Of a DNA stretch of 64,000 bases, positions 40,230 through 54,269 are shown in pieces. The notes beneath the pieces were generated by a model that ran no database searches, was not told the origin of the DNA, and saw nothing but the letters and a program-made list of their open reading frames with translations. Both the position numbers and the translations under genes were made by a program. Position 1 is the stretch's first letter; each line of letters opens with the position of its first letter. Location of the stretch: the NCBI GenBank assembly GCA_964016885.1, contig OZ024750.1, positions 16,182,001-16,246,000 on the forward strand, in the 5' to 3' direction. Source of the DNA: Eledone cirrhosa (Eukaryota).

Positions 40230-41060
40230 AGAGAAAGTCGATTAAATCGATCCCCAGTATTTCATTACATGTACTTTATTTTATCGACCTCAAAAGATGA
40301 AAGGCAAATTGATCTTGGTGGGATTTGAAAGTCAGAACGTAACGGCCCTAAACAAACACTGGAAACCATTTACCCAACGCTGTAACGTTTCGACCATCCA
40401 TCATTCTTATGTTAAATAAATAATCATTTCTACAATAGGCACAAGGCCAGCAATTTGGGGGAAGGGAAAGTCGATTAAATCGACCCAAGTGCATTACTGA
40501 TATTTTAATTTATCGACCCGGTAAGGATAAAAGGCAAAGTTAACCTCAGAGGGATTTGAACTCAGAACATAAAAAAAGCCGTGACTCTATGCTACGAAGT
40601 ATGGAGTCTGACGTTCTACTGATACTGTCAATTCACCGCCCCTATGTTGAATAAATAATTGTTTCTACTTTAGGCACAAGGCCAGCAATTACCCAGTGCA
40701 TTACTGGTACTTTATTTTATCGACCCTGTAAGGATGAAAGGCAAAGTCAACCTCGGCGGGATTTGAACTCAGATCGTAAAGGGACGTAACTATGCTGGAA
40801 AGCATGGCGTCCGACCCTCTACCGACACTGCCAATCCACAAATAATGGTTTCTATTATAGGCACAAAGCCAGCAATTTTTGGGGAGGGGAACGTCGATTG
40901 AATCGATCCCAGTGCGTTACTGGTACTTTATTTTATCGACCTCGTAAGGATGAAAGACAAAGTTAACCTCAGTTGGATTTGAACTCAGAACGCAAAGGGC
41001 CATAACTCTATGCTGCAAAGCATGGTGTCTGACATTCTACCGAGACTGCCAATCCACCGT
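40230..41060 (-). mobile_element. Tandem array of about four SINE copies
   Basis: Reverse complement of the SINE body repeated head to tail. Confidence 0.85.
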
Positions 41061-41927
41061 CGTTATGTTAAATAAATAATTGTTAATGAAATAACATATA
41101 TGTCCATAAGTAACATTGATTATAATTTAATTAAGAGAGATTGTCTCAACTTTTATTTATGTATGAATAGAAACATAGATAGCTTTGTAAATATTATTGA
41201 GTGTTATATAATTAATTATATATGTGTGGTCTGAACCTATATAAGTCCTAATGGTAAGAAGATAGCTAACAAATCTTTTGAAATATTATCAGGTGTAGAA
41301 ACAAGAGGGTATAATGTGAAAAAGAGAAGATATTGTTGAATGTTTGTTACAATGTATATATAGAGAAAACAAATTATTTCCAGTATAGTGAAGACTGGTT
41401 GGGAAGTTTTTAATGGCATATTAGGGTTAACTTAAATTTATATGTTTACACAGAATTTTTGTGTGGCTGATTAACTGACAGTAAGGGCATGAATGCGAGT
41501 GGTTTCTTAGTAATAGTAAAGAAAAAAATGAAGAATAAAAAAATATCTGAAGATATGGGAGCGTTGTAATATCTGTATTATGAAAAAGTGTTGTAATGTT
41601 TGCAAAATCACTAAGACAATAAGTTAATTTGAATCAGTAGCAAAGTGGAGCATCACGTATGGTTCGGTTTATAGACAAAGGGAGAATAAGATGCTCTTAG
41701 GATCAAGGATTATTTGTTGACAGAAGCAGGATGGAAATGGTGGGATGACATATAAGATATTTATATGTTAGGGCAGATCAATAGTTTGGAATGTCTACAT
41801 GTTTTAGATAGTTTATGTGGGCAAAAGGAAAGATATCCAAGGAGGATTTCAATTCTCTCCCTTGTACGTAGTTGATGCACTTTGCTATTACTTGTATAAA
41901 ACTCGAAGGATAAGAATATCTGCAATT

Positions 41928-42006
<79 letters not shown>

Positions 42007-42021
42007 TACATACATACATAC

Positions 42022-42258
42022 ATGGTGGCTGCCAACTCGTTTTCGAGTACGGCCACTACTTTATATCCATGTAGGAGAACCCCTACCAATGCGCTGAACG
42101 AGCGTGACTTTTTAGTCCAGCCAGCGACTTGAAAACTCTGGTACAAACACTACACTTGTGACAATTATTGACACATAGTGCTGGGCCCATGGTACCATGT
42201 GACGACAAGTGCAGAGAGATCTCCAGATATAAAGCAATGCCTGTGCTGTGAAGCTTTT
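42022..42258 (-). mobile_element. RTE-derived family B, 5'-truncated; another truncated copy at 46290-46633 (+)
   Basis: Matches the family B 3' end. Confidence 0.75.
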
Positions 42259-42284
42259 ATACATACATACATACATACATACAT

Positions 42285-42319
<35 letters not shown>

Positions 42320-42324
42320 TACAT

Positions 42325-42355
<31 letters not shown>

Positions 42356-42842
42356 TATATACATACATACGTAATACATACATACATACATACATACATA
42401 CACACACACATATATACATACATACATAATACATACATACATACATACATACATACATACATACATACATACATACATACATACATACACACATACATAC
42501 ATACATAATACATACACACATACATACACACATACATACACACACACACACATACATACATACATACATTCATACATTCATACATACATACACACACATA
42601 CATACATACATACATACATACATACATACACATAGACATACATACATACATACATACATACACATGTGTGCGTATTATATTTAATATGTTTTTATGTTTA
42701 TTATGCTTTGTAAGTTTTCTTCCGCGATATTTCAAAGAAAATATTTTATTGGCTTGTCTGACGTTATTTCAGCGTTCATCTTACAGTCGGTTACTATTTG
42801 AAATTTTATCTGTTTAGAAAGTGAAGGAGGGAGTGGGTGAAT

Positions 42843-42929
<87 letters not shown>

Positions 42930-42934
42930 TGTGT

Positions 42935-43280
42935 GAGGACGAGAGAGAGAGAGGACGAGAGAGAACGAGAGAGAGAGAGGACGTGAGGGAGAGGACGAGA
43001 GAGAGAGTACGAGAGAGAGAGAGTCGGAGAGAGAGGACGAGAGAAAGAGTACGAGAGAGAGAGGACGAGACAGCGAGAGAGGACGAGAGAGCGAGAGAGG
43101 ACGAGAGAAAGAGGACGAGAGGAAGAGGACGAGAGAGAGTACGAGAGGGAGAGGACGAGAGAGAGAGAGAGAGAGAGAGAGAGGACGAGAGAGAGAGAGG
43201 ACGAGAGAGAGAGAGAGAGAGAATGAGAGAGGGCGAGCGAGAGAGAGAGAGAGGACGAGAGAGAAAGCGAGAGAGAGGAG
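42935..43280 (+). repeat. (GA)n-derived minisatellite with recurring GAGGACGAGA
   Basis: Visible. Confidence 0.85.
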
Positions 43281-43409
43281 AATTTATTAAAGCAAGACAA
43301 GGATTCTTGGAAAAAATACAGACAATCTGGCTGGTAATAGAGACAACATAACAGACGGAGAAAGGAGAGAGAGAGGGAGAGAGAGAGATATAGAGGGAGA
43401 GATAGGGAA

Positions 43410-43440
<31 letters not shown>

Positions 43441-43441
43441 A

Positions 43442-43476
<35 letters not shown>

Positions 43477-43518
43477 CACACACATACACACACAGATATA
43501 TATATATATATATATATA

Positions 43519-44113
43519 TAAGTTGAAAAAAAATGAAAACGAAAAACGAAATTTCATTTCTCACTCTTAGTATGGCACTTACTTAAATGTAAGTATGTAT
43601 GTATACGTACATACATATATGTATACAGACGTACAGTAGCATGTATATATATATATATATATATATATACATACATGCAGGTACACATACATATATGCAC
43701 GCATCAGTTTAGCAGACGCTTATTATAGCGCTCGCTTTGTTCGTTTGTCAACAAACTGAACAGCCTGAATTTATGCCATACGGTGTTAAGGCAACCACGT
43801 CACCTTTTTGTTCAACACTGACACAGGAACGATGTACTAGTTTCAAGCTTGTTAGCTATCATCAGCACCGTTTACCCATCTGCCAGATAGTTGAACGTTC
43901 GAAAGTATATACTTTCCTTATGAAAATTAACGGCTGAGCAGCCTAATTTGCATATTGAGTGAGTTAAATCGGTCAGGCATACCGAAAACGATAAGTTGAA
44001 AAAAAATGAAAACGAAAAACGAAATTTCATTTCTCACTCTTAGTATGGCACTTACTTAAATGTAAGTATGTATGTATACGTACATACATATATGTATACA
44101 GACGTACAGTAGC

Positions 44114-44152
<39 letters not shown>

Positions 44153-44580
44153 CATGCAGGTACACATACATATATGCACGCATCAGTTTAGCAGACGCTT
44201 ATTATAGCGCTCGCTTTGTTCGTTTGTCAACAAACTGAACAGCCTGAATTTATGCCATACGGTGTTAAGGCAACCACGTCACCTTTTTGTTCAACACTGA
44301 CACAGGAACGATGTACTAGTTTCAAGCTTGTTAGCTATCATCAGCACCGTTTACCCATCTGCCAGATAGTTGAACGTTCGAAAGTATATACTTTCCTTAT
44401 GAAAATTAACGGCTGAGCAGCCTAATTTGCATATTGAGTGAGTTAAATCGGTCAGGCATACCGAAAACGATAAGTTGAAAAAAATTCAGGCTGTTCAGTT
44501 TGTTGACAAACGAACAAAGCGAGCGCTATAATAAGCGTCTGCTAAACTGATGCGTGCATATATGTATGTGTACCTGCATG

Positions 44581-44617
<37 letters not shown>

Positions 44618-44669
44618 GCTACTGTACGTCTGTATACATATATGTATGTACGTATACATACATACTTAC

Positions 44670-44674
<5 letters not shown>
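43519..44674 (-). mobile_element. Tandem dimer (473/479-bp units) of a hammerhead-bearing element plus an inverted partial copy (44482-44674)
   Basis: Units start at 43521, 43994 and 44473. 44482-44674 is the reverse complement of 43584-43771. Relative at 56245-56582 (+). Confidence 0.85.
43828..43872 (-). ncRNA. Type I hammerhead; identical copy at 44307-44351
   Basis: AACGGUG CUGAUGA U-AGCU-AACA-AGCU-U GAAA CUAG UA CAUCGUU, with palindromic stem III ACUAGU and a GUA site. Confidence 0.9.
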
Positions 44675-44743
<69 letters not shown>

Positions 44744-45099
44744 ATATATTCTTTTGCTATCTATCTTTTTCTCTCTCTCAGTCTCTTTCCTTGGCAGTCC
44801 TAGGCAGTCTCTCTCACTCTCACTATCTATCTATCTATCATTCTGCCTTACTCTCTCCCCCAAGGAGAGAGACTGAGGGAGAGAAAAAGATAGATAGCAA
44901 AAGAATATATATATATGTATATATATGTATATATATATATGTATATATATATATGTATATATAAAAAAATATATATATATATAAATATATGTATCTACAA
45001 TTGTAACACACAATAGAGTTCAGGTGCATCACTGATTTTTCGTTTTATATTATTAATGCACTGGGTAATTGCTGGCCTTGTGCCTAAAGTAGAAACAAT

Positions 45100-45498
<399 letters not shown>

Positions 45499-45756
45499 CT
45501 AAATAATTAGATAAATAAATAAATACATACACAAGCACAATAACAACAAACACATATAAACACACACTAGTAAAGATAGAATACATTAACCAATACACAG
45601 TCACCCAATCACGAGCACACATCAAACAAAACACTATACACACACGCAAACGCATGCGCAAAGAAGACAAAATAGAATAAACAAATAAATAAATATATAA
45701 ACAGACTAAATAAAGATGGCGTAGAAAATACAATGCAACGGGAGGAAATAATAGCA

Positions 45757-45796
45757 CCACTGACGATGTTGCAGATGTGCAACGAAAGAACTTTGA
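45757..45796 (+). ncRNA. Hammerhead in the pLTR downstream of the GIY-YIG remnant
   Basis: CA CUGACGA U GUUGCA-GAUG-UGCAAC GAAA GAAC UU UG; stem I is weak. Confidence 0.75.
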
Positions 45797-46155
45797 TAAA
45801 CTATATATATGTGTTTGTGTCTATATTGTATCTATATTATTTTTGACCATTGGTCAGTCAATGGCAACATTGAGGACCGAATAAATTAGATTACCGATAT
45901 AAAAGACACAGAAGCGAAAAGCGAAAACCAACCAAACAGTGAGTGTGTTCTGTTATTAATTCTGGCAATAATATTACACAAATATGACCCTCCCCAAGTA
46001 TATATATATATATATATAATAAGGGTTGACGGACCCAGCATATTTATCAATGCCAGTACCGGTTGTATCTCAGCGCAATGTAAGATACATTACCAGAGTA
46101 TACACATAGTTATTTGCCTCAACACAACACACGTAAAACGGGTGCCTATAAGGTT

Positions 46156-46265
46156 CCCGGACTCGAGTTTCTGCAGCACTAATGCAGCAGTAAGTTGCAC
46201 TGCACCATCTGTCTGCATATATTATGCAACAATGCACAATCGGCTTATGCGGCTTCATCAGCGGG
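46156..46265 (-). ncRNA. Type I hammerhead with an extended (~85 nt) stem II
   Basis: CCCG CUGAUGA AGCCGCA ... UGCUGCA GAAA CUCGAG UC CGGG, with palindromic stem III ACUCGAGU and a GUC site. Confidence 0.8.
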
Positions 46266-46996
46266 TATCTCTGTGTGTATATATATATACCTACAACCCT
46301 AATGGTATCCAATGATGTTGACTTGTTCTTCTTTTTGGTAAATATCATCTTGGTTAAGAGAGTGGGACTGGCTTTGTGCAGTGCCTTTGCTCACTATAAA
46401 AGCTTCACGGCACAGGCATTGCTTTATATCTGGAGATCTCTCTGCACTTGTCGTCACATGGTACCATGGGCCCAACACTATATGTCAATAATTGTTACAG
46501 GTGCAGTGTTTGTACCAGAGTTTTCAAGTCGCTGGCTGGACTAAAAAGTCACACTCGTTCAGCGCATCGGTAGGGGTTCTCCTACATGGATATAAAGTAG
46601 TGGCCGTACTCGAAAACGAGTTGGCAGCCACCATATATATATATATATACAGAGAGAGACAGAGAAAGAGAGAGGGGGAGAAAGAAAGAGAGAGGACGAA
46701 AAAAGTAAGAAAAAAGGATGGGGGGTGGTGAAAAAAAAAACGAAAACGGAAAAGAAAGTAAGAAAAAAGTAAACAAAATTATGAAAAATATGACGTCATT
46801 GTTAATTCATTTTTTAACCGTATCTTAAGAATTTGGTGCGTTTGTGTGTCTGTGAGTGTATATCTGCGTGTCTGTGTGCGCGTAAACGTGCGTGCTTGTG
46901 TGTTTTTTGGAGGTGTATGAAAAAAATTCTTATGTTATCTGACATAGAATGATATATTTCAGTAGAAATGCTGAGTTATGAGTCAACTGGTGGTGT

Positions 46997-47503
46997 GTGA
47001 AAGTGTGTAAATATGTATATACACATGTACCGCGCGGTTAAATCACTGGGAGTGAAGGACCCCTAGCCTTTGTCAGGGCATTCTTCTAGGAGAAGGCAAC
47101 TCAGAAAACTGGGATGACTCCGATATAAAACCTGCGGCTCAGTAGTTACCGATGATGTTGATCTTTTCTTCTTTTCGGGTTATAGCTACTGTCGCCCAGA
47201 GAGTGGGATTGGCTCAGTGCACAGTCTTTCCTCACTTTAAAAAATATCTTCATGCACAGGTATTGCACGATAGAATTAATTAATTGTTTCTACTTTTGGC
47301 ACAAGGCCAGCAATTACCCAGTGCATTACTGGTACTTTATTTTATCGACCCCGTAAGGATGAAAGGCAAAGTCAACCTCGGCGGGATTTGAACTCAGATC
47401 GTAAAGGGACGTAACTATGCTGGAAAGCATGGCGTCCGACCCTCTACCGATACTGCCAATCCACTAATGTTATATCGTGCAATGGCCATACTCGACAGCC
47501 ATC
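46997..47503 (+). mobile_element. RTE-derived family A interrupted by a SINE (47283-47465, -)
   Basis: Family A sequence breaks at its aattaattaat run and resumes after the SINE. Confidence 0.75.
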
Positions 47504-48519
47504 ATGTATGTATGAACTGGGTTATATGTTGCCAGTAGTATGGTCGGGTTGTCGGCGACTAAACCGGCAACCCCACCAAGCTTGCTTGGTGAGGAGGGTG
47601 ATATTACAAGTACAATCCATTAATGGAACAGTAAAAATATGTAAAACATTCCCAAAATGTTGCATCTAATAACTGCATATACACATGTACTGATACTAAG
47701 CATATACACATGCACACATACAACTCAAAACATACACATCCACACATACAATAACATCCACATCTACACATGCATACATAATCTACCTAGTTGATGCTGT
47801 GTAAATTCTAATGAGAGAGTCTTGTGTCTATGTTAGAAAGCGACTCTCTCTCTATTGGTAAAACTTTGTGAAATTATAAAACCAGAAGAACATACATACA
47901 TACATACATACATACATACATACATACATACATACATACATACATGCATGCATGCATGCATGCATGCATGCATACATACATACATACATACATACATACA
48001 TACATACATACATACATACATACATACATACATACATACATACATACACTTGTATGCACAGCGACAAACTAAAGGCAAATCATTGCCTTTACTTCTCACA
48101 CACCTCACACTTCAGTTCGTCTGTTGTGCTTTATCATTAATTATGGCGGTGCAAAAATTTCCTGGAATTTTCCGCTTCTAATGTGCAGACATTCTGTGCC
48201 TGGGGGAGGACAGGATCGTCTAACTAGACCTATCTATTCTCCACAACCTGGCGTATGTGCGTGTAGAGCCTGGGGTAGGTGGATCATCTAATTAGATCGA
48301 GCTGTTCTCCAGGACCAGAAATAATAACGAGGAAACCATTTATCATGCAATCATTCTGAACAAAATCGTGAGAAATATATAAAAATTATTTACGCCAGTC
48401 AAACAGGATCTTTTATCATTTGTTGTTGCTACTGTTGTTGTTACAGCTCACAACCACTTAGTTTTAGTTGGCCTCCTACAAAGCTTCTTCTCATAGGAGG
48501 TTTTTGACTCTTTTAATGA

Positions 48520-48915
48520 TAAGGACCTATCAAGAATATATACATTTATAATTTCCTTCCTGCTGTGACTAACTCCAACAGTTTACACTAGCGGAGTATG
48601 TGGGATGATGAATTTTATAGGCTCTGTGAAAAGAGGGTTACCCTGGCACATATTCTATCAAGATGTAAAACAGTACTTTCCCAAGGAAGGTACTCATGGC
48701 ACTTACTAATATCAAGAGAAACGCAAGAATGAACAAAGACGGGGGAAACCAATACCACCATTCAGGTTTGTAAGTGAGGGATACAAAAAAACCTCTATCA
48801 CAGTTAGAATAACATGCGGCTTTCTATAAATGGCCCATTCATGTGATATGAAGTTTGACCAGGGAGAAAGGTTGCAGTTTTCCCAGGACGTCCACACAAT
48901 CCTGGGGCCAAAAGG
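48520..48915 (+). mobile_element. Decayed Hero/NeSL-like RLE non-LTR retrotransposon fragment
   Basis: Translates YNFLP....LH*...RLCEKRVTLAHILSRCKTVLSQGRYSWH, then DMKFDQGERLQFSQDVHTILGP. This resembles the CCHC / QGRYxWRH / LRPD region of Hero-clade ORFs. Confidence 0.65.
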
Positions 48916-48959
48916 TGAAGAAGAGAATTCTGATAGAAATCTCCATCCCGTGGGAAGAA

Positions 48960-49845
48960 TAATTGTTTCTACTTTTGGCACAAGGCCAGCAATTACCCAG
49001 TACATTACTGGTACTTAATGTTATCGACCCCAATATTCCGCAAATAACTAGATAATTATATCCGAACTAAAATATCCAGATGGCTAAAACTAATGTTTCT
49101 GAAGCTGTTAAAGGAATAAAAAAAAAAACATACCTTAACTCTTTTATGACCGTATTTCTTATGAAATACACTCTATTTTAATTAATTAATAATTGTTTCT
49201 ACTTTTGGCACAAGGCCAGCAATTACTCAGTACATTACTGGTACTTAAATTTATCGACCCCGTAAGGATGAAAGGCAAAGTTAACCTCGGCGAGATTTAA
49301 ACTCAGACTGTAAGGAGAGGTAACTATGCTGGAAAGCACGGTGTCCGACCCTCTACTGCCAATGCGAACAAGCCTTCAAGCGAGAGAGTGCCAGTACTAA
49401 GACTGTGTACAGGGAGAAAGGATGGTAGGCATGGCTATTTTCAGTTGAGGTGGGTTGCCGGGGATTTCCAGTTTAATCGATATAGAAAATGCTCACTGAC
49501 ATTGGAATGACAGAAAAGACACTTGTTGACTGAGAGAAAGAACAAATTGGAAGGAAGGGGAAGACCAGTAATTTGTCCACCATTCCTGACCTACCAGCAG
49601 AGAGGTGTTACGGTTCATAGTTCAAACACCCAACGAACGTTGGTCAAAGCTATATTTACCGAAATAACTGTTTCTACTTTTGGCAGCAATTATCCCAGTG
49701 CATAACTGGTACTTTATTTTATCGACCCCGTAAGGATGAAAAGCAAAGTTAACCTCGGCAGGATTTGAACTCAGACCATAAAGGGGCATAACTTTGCTGC
49801 AAAACATGGCATCCGAGCCTCTACCGATACTGCCAATCCACCGCC
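48960..49845 (-). mobile_element. SINE copies and fragments (48960-49030, 49190-49360, 49667-49845); further pieces at 36510-36655, 45055-45100, 51925-52146 and 60022-60092
   Basis: Same SINE body. Confidence 0.8.
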
Positions 49846-51089
49846 CATATATTTACCGAAATAACGAAATAAAAACAGAACGGCCCCTAAAATATCAAAA
49901 CAAATGACTAAAATTGACGATTGGAAATGTCGAAATCTTTTGAATGGGGAAGGAAAAGGATTGTGAAATGACCAGTAAAATGACCTGGAGTGACCCCCCC
50001 CCCCCCCCACCAAAAAAAAATGACATGGAGTTACATAGAAAACCTGGTGTGATGCATAAAGTGACCTGACACATAAACTATCCTTAAGTGACCCATAAAA
50101 TGACATGTCAGTAATTGGTAACTGAGAGTTTATGTGATGTTTTTCCCGAGAAAAGATGTTAATTTGTGTTTTTCTATTTCTCCAGTAGAATTGTGGCGAT
50201 GGTGTTGGTGGTGGTGGTGGTGGTGGTGGTGGTGTTGGCGTTGGCAGTGGTGGTGGTGGTGGTGGTGGTAGCAGTGGTGACAGTGTTGCTTGTGGTGGTG
50301 GTGCTGGCGTTGGCGTTGGCAGTGGTGGTGGTGGTGGTAGCAGTGGTGACAGTGTTGCTTGTGGTGGTGGTGTTGGCGTTGGCGTTGGCAGTGGTGGTGG
50401 TGGTGGTGGTAGCAGTGGTGACAGTGTTGTTTGTGGTGGTGGTGTTGGTGGTGGCGTTGGCAGTGGTGGTGGTGGTGGTAGCAGTGGTGACAGTGTTGCT
50501 TGTGGTGGTGGTGTTGGCGTTGGCGTTGGCAGTGGTGGTAGTGTTGCTTGTGGTGGTGGTGGTGGTGGTGGTGGTGGTGGATGGTGGTGTTGGTAGCAGT
50601 GATGGTATTGTTGGTTGTGGTGGTGGTGGTGGTGGTGGTGGTGGTGGTGGTGTCGGTAGCAGTAGTGGTAGTGTTGCTTGTGGTAGTGGTGCTAGTGTTG
50701 CTGTTGGTAGCAGTGGTGGTAGATGAAGTGGGGGATGATGATAGTGGTGTAGGGATGTAGTGATTGTTTATAATGAGAGGATGGTGGAAGTGGTGGTGGT
50801 GATGAGTGTGGTGGTCGTGGTAGAGAAAGTAGGCGGAGAGTGCCAGTTTGTGATAGTGGTTCTTGGTATAGTAGTCGTGGTGGTGAGAGTGGTATGTGTT
50901 GATGATGGTGATGGTAACTGTGGGAGGATTGTGATGGTAGTAATGATAGAAGTGGTGGTGGTTTTAATCTGGTACTAAGGTGTACCTATTCTATGACATG
51001 TGGCGTGTTGTTCAGATCCACAGAACAACACGCAACTTTGGATTCACGTTTCAAGCAAAATGGCATTATCACACACACACACACGCACG

Positions 51090-51225
<136 letters not shown>

Positions 51226-51276
51226 CATATATACACACATACATATAAATATTTATAATGAGCATCACAATGTACC

Positions 51277-51384
<108 letters not shown>

Positions 51385-51604
51385 TATATATATAGTGATA
51401 ATAATAAATGTGAAAACTAAAATCCAAAGAGGGCTCGATAAGGATAAATATATATCAAATATATAAGAACCCTAGAGCAAATATTTATTAAAATAACAGA
51501 TTAAAGTTTAGGCAAAGAATTGCTGCTTTCACCCTTAACGGGATCTTCAGAAGATCCCGTTTAGGGTGAAAGCAGCGATTCTTTCCTTAAACTTTAAGCT
51601 GTTA

Positions 51605-51665
<61 letters not shown>

Positions 51666-51701
51666 ATAGGGAGAAAGAGACGATTATGAGGAAGAAAAAT
51701 G

Positions 51702-51750
<49 letters not shown>

Positions 51751-52194
51751 ACTATATACACATACATATAAATATTTATAATGAGCATCACAATGTACTA
51801 ATATATATATATATATATATATATATAGTTGTATGGTTGCATGAAAAATGCGTCCGTAAGCTGTATGCCGGTTGAGCACGCGATGCTCACGTAGAGCAGA
51901 GTCGGAGACGAATTCATATACTAAGCGGGTCGATAAAATAAAGTACCAGTAATGCACTGGGTAATTGCTGGCCTTGTGCCAAAAGTAGAAACAATTATAT
52001 AATATATTATATATATATAATATATTATATAATTTCTACTTTTGGCACAAGGCCAGCAATTACCCAGTGCATTACTGGTACTTTATTTTATCGACCCCGT
52101 AAGGATGAAAAGCAAAGTTAACCTTTCGGCAGGATTTGAACTCAGAATAGCAAAATATAATATAATATAACATAATATAATATATATATATTAA

Positions 52195-52563
52195 GATTTA
52201 GCTTCGGCATAGCTGTATACATACATGTATGTGAATTTCATGTATCGGAAGACATTTTGAAAGCCCAGCTATGAATATTGAAAGTCCAGCGCCGTCTAGC
52301 GGGTTCCAACAGAATCAGTGGGGGCAACAGTCTATAAGCATTTCGAGCTTCTGGCCCTCATCAGGACTGTGTTTCCCCTTCTCTCTGCTAGAACTTGATT
52401 CAAGCGAAATTATATAGTTATTTCGCTCGTGTAGCTGAGCTGATTAACCTCATTTGCATAAGAAGCTGTAAAAGTTGGCTTAACTTAAAAGTAGAAAAGT
52501 AGAATTAGAATTTAGCTCTTCGGCATAGCTGTATACATACATGTATGTGAATTCCGTGTATCT
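52195..52563 (-). mobile_element. 316-bp terminally redundant unit with octamer, TATA and hammerhead (retrozyme/pLTR-like)
   Basis: ~50-bp direct repeat at 52195-52246 and 52510-52562; octamer 52452-52459; TATATA 52411-52416. Confidence 0.75.
52327..52370 (-). ncRNA. Type I hammerhead, canonical core
   Basis: ACAGUC CUGAUGA GGGC-CAGAA-GCUC GAAA UGCUUA UA GACUGU, with a perfect 6-bp stem I. Confidence 0.92.
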
Positions 52564-52725
52564 AAAGATATGTTTATATATATATATATATATACTGTGT
52601 ATATGTAACATAACTATATAAGACAATATGGTAAGCCCTATTGCAGTAAATTATATTTACTGAGCCGTCCATAATCTGTTGAAGTTATTTGATATTGAAG
52701 GTGGACTACAACAACAACAACAACA

Positions 52726-52783
<58 letters not shown>

Positions 52784-53214
52784 TCACTGCTGCTGTTGCT
52801 GCTACTGCCGATACCATCTTCACCAATACTATTACCTCAACAACGACCCCTCACCACCACCACCACCACCACCACCACCACCACCACAACCACTACTAGC
52901 ACCACATCCACTTCTTTGTTTTCGCTGAAACTGAAGAATTTCGGATATATTTTGAGAACACAAATCTCAAACATGTATTTACAACCCCCACCCCTCGTCT
53001 GTTACTTTCATCTCTTTCTTTCATCTCATCTCTCCTTGAGATGAAATTAATAAAATAGATGAGGAGATGAAAAAATGAAATGTAAAAACGAAAAAAATAA
53101 TAATAATAATAATGATAAATGAAAAAAGAACCCCAAGATTAAAACAAGATGGATTACACGATAAAGATATAAAGAATCGGTAAGATTGTGGTGTGGATGA
53201 GGAGCTTTAGGGAT

Positions 53215-53895
53215 AGGGTGGTGGTGTTAGGATTGCGGTGGTGGAGTTATGGGAATGGTGGTGGAGTTATGGGTACGGTGGTGGAGTTATGGGTACGGTG
53301 GTGGAGTTATGGGTACGGTGGTGGAGTTATGGGTATGGTGGTGGAGTTAGGGTTACAGTGATGGAATTAGTATTATAGTGGTGGTGTTACTGCTACGGTG
53401 GTGGAGTTAGTATTATAGTGGTGGTGTTAGGGTTACAGTTGTGGAGTTAGTATTATAGTGGTGGTGTTAGGGTTACAGTGGTGGAATTAGTATTATAGTG
53501 GTGGTGTTACTGCTACGGTGGTGGAGTTAGTGTTATTGTTAGGGTGTTAGTGTTACGGTGGTAGTGTTACGGTGGTTGGGTTAGATTAGAGTTAGGTTAG
53601 GGTTAGGGTCAGTGTTAGGTTAGGGTTAGTGTTAGGTTAGGGTTAGGGCTAGGGTTAGTGTTAGTGTTAGGGTTAGGGTGGTGATGTTGGGGTTATAGTT
53701 ATGACTAGGGTTAGGGTTAGCATTAGTGTTAGGGTTAGAGTTAGCGTTAGTATTAGGGTTAGGGTTAGCGTTAGTGTTAGGGTTAGGGCTAGTGTTAGTA
53801 TTAGGGTTAGGGTTAGCGTTAGTGTTAGGGTTAGGGCTAGCGTTAGTATTAGGGTTAGGGTTAGCGTTAGTGTTAGGGTGGTGATGTTGGGGTTA
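53215..53895 (+). repeat. 21-bp minisatellite grading into degenerate interstitial (TTAGGG)n
   Basis: ggtggtggagttatgggtac units, then TTAGGG/TTAGTG/CTAGGG/TTAGCG hexamers from ~53575. Confidence 0.85.
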
Positions 53896-54181
53896 TGGCA
53901 GTGTGTTAGTGGATATTGAAGGGATGTGACTGGATACGGAGAAGAGGTTAGGTTTAAATGCAATCAAATAACTTCATTTTCAACGTTTTAGAACAAAAGT
54001 TTCTTGAATATCTTTTTTCTATGTTATATTTTATTTTCATGTTATATTTTATTGTTAGTAACAGTTGGATAAAGAGTTTTTGGGGAAGATGGAAGATATT
54101 TATTTATTTATTTGATTAATTTAAACGTCCTTATAGAGTGGGTAAACCACGACAGACTGGGAAATGTATCTAATAATACCC

Positions 54182-54269
<88 letters not shown>

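Noticed and set aside
41085-41930. AT-rich unique stretches (also 56620-57430) as decayed retroelement ORFs
   Set aside because: No diagnostic motif could be read; this needs translated HMM searches.
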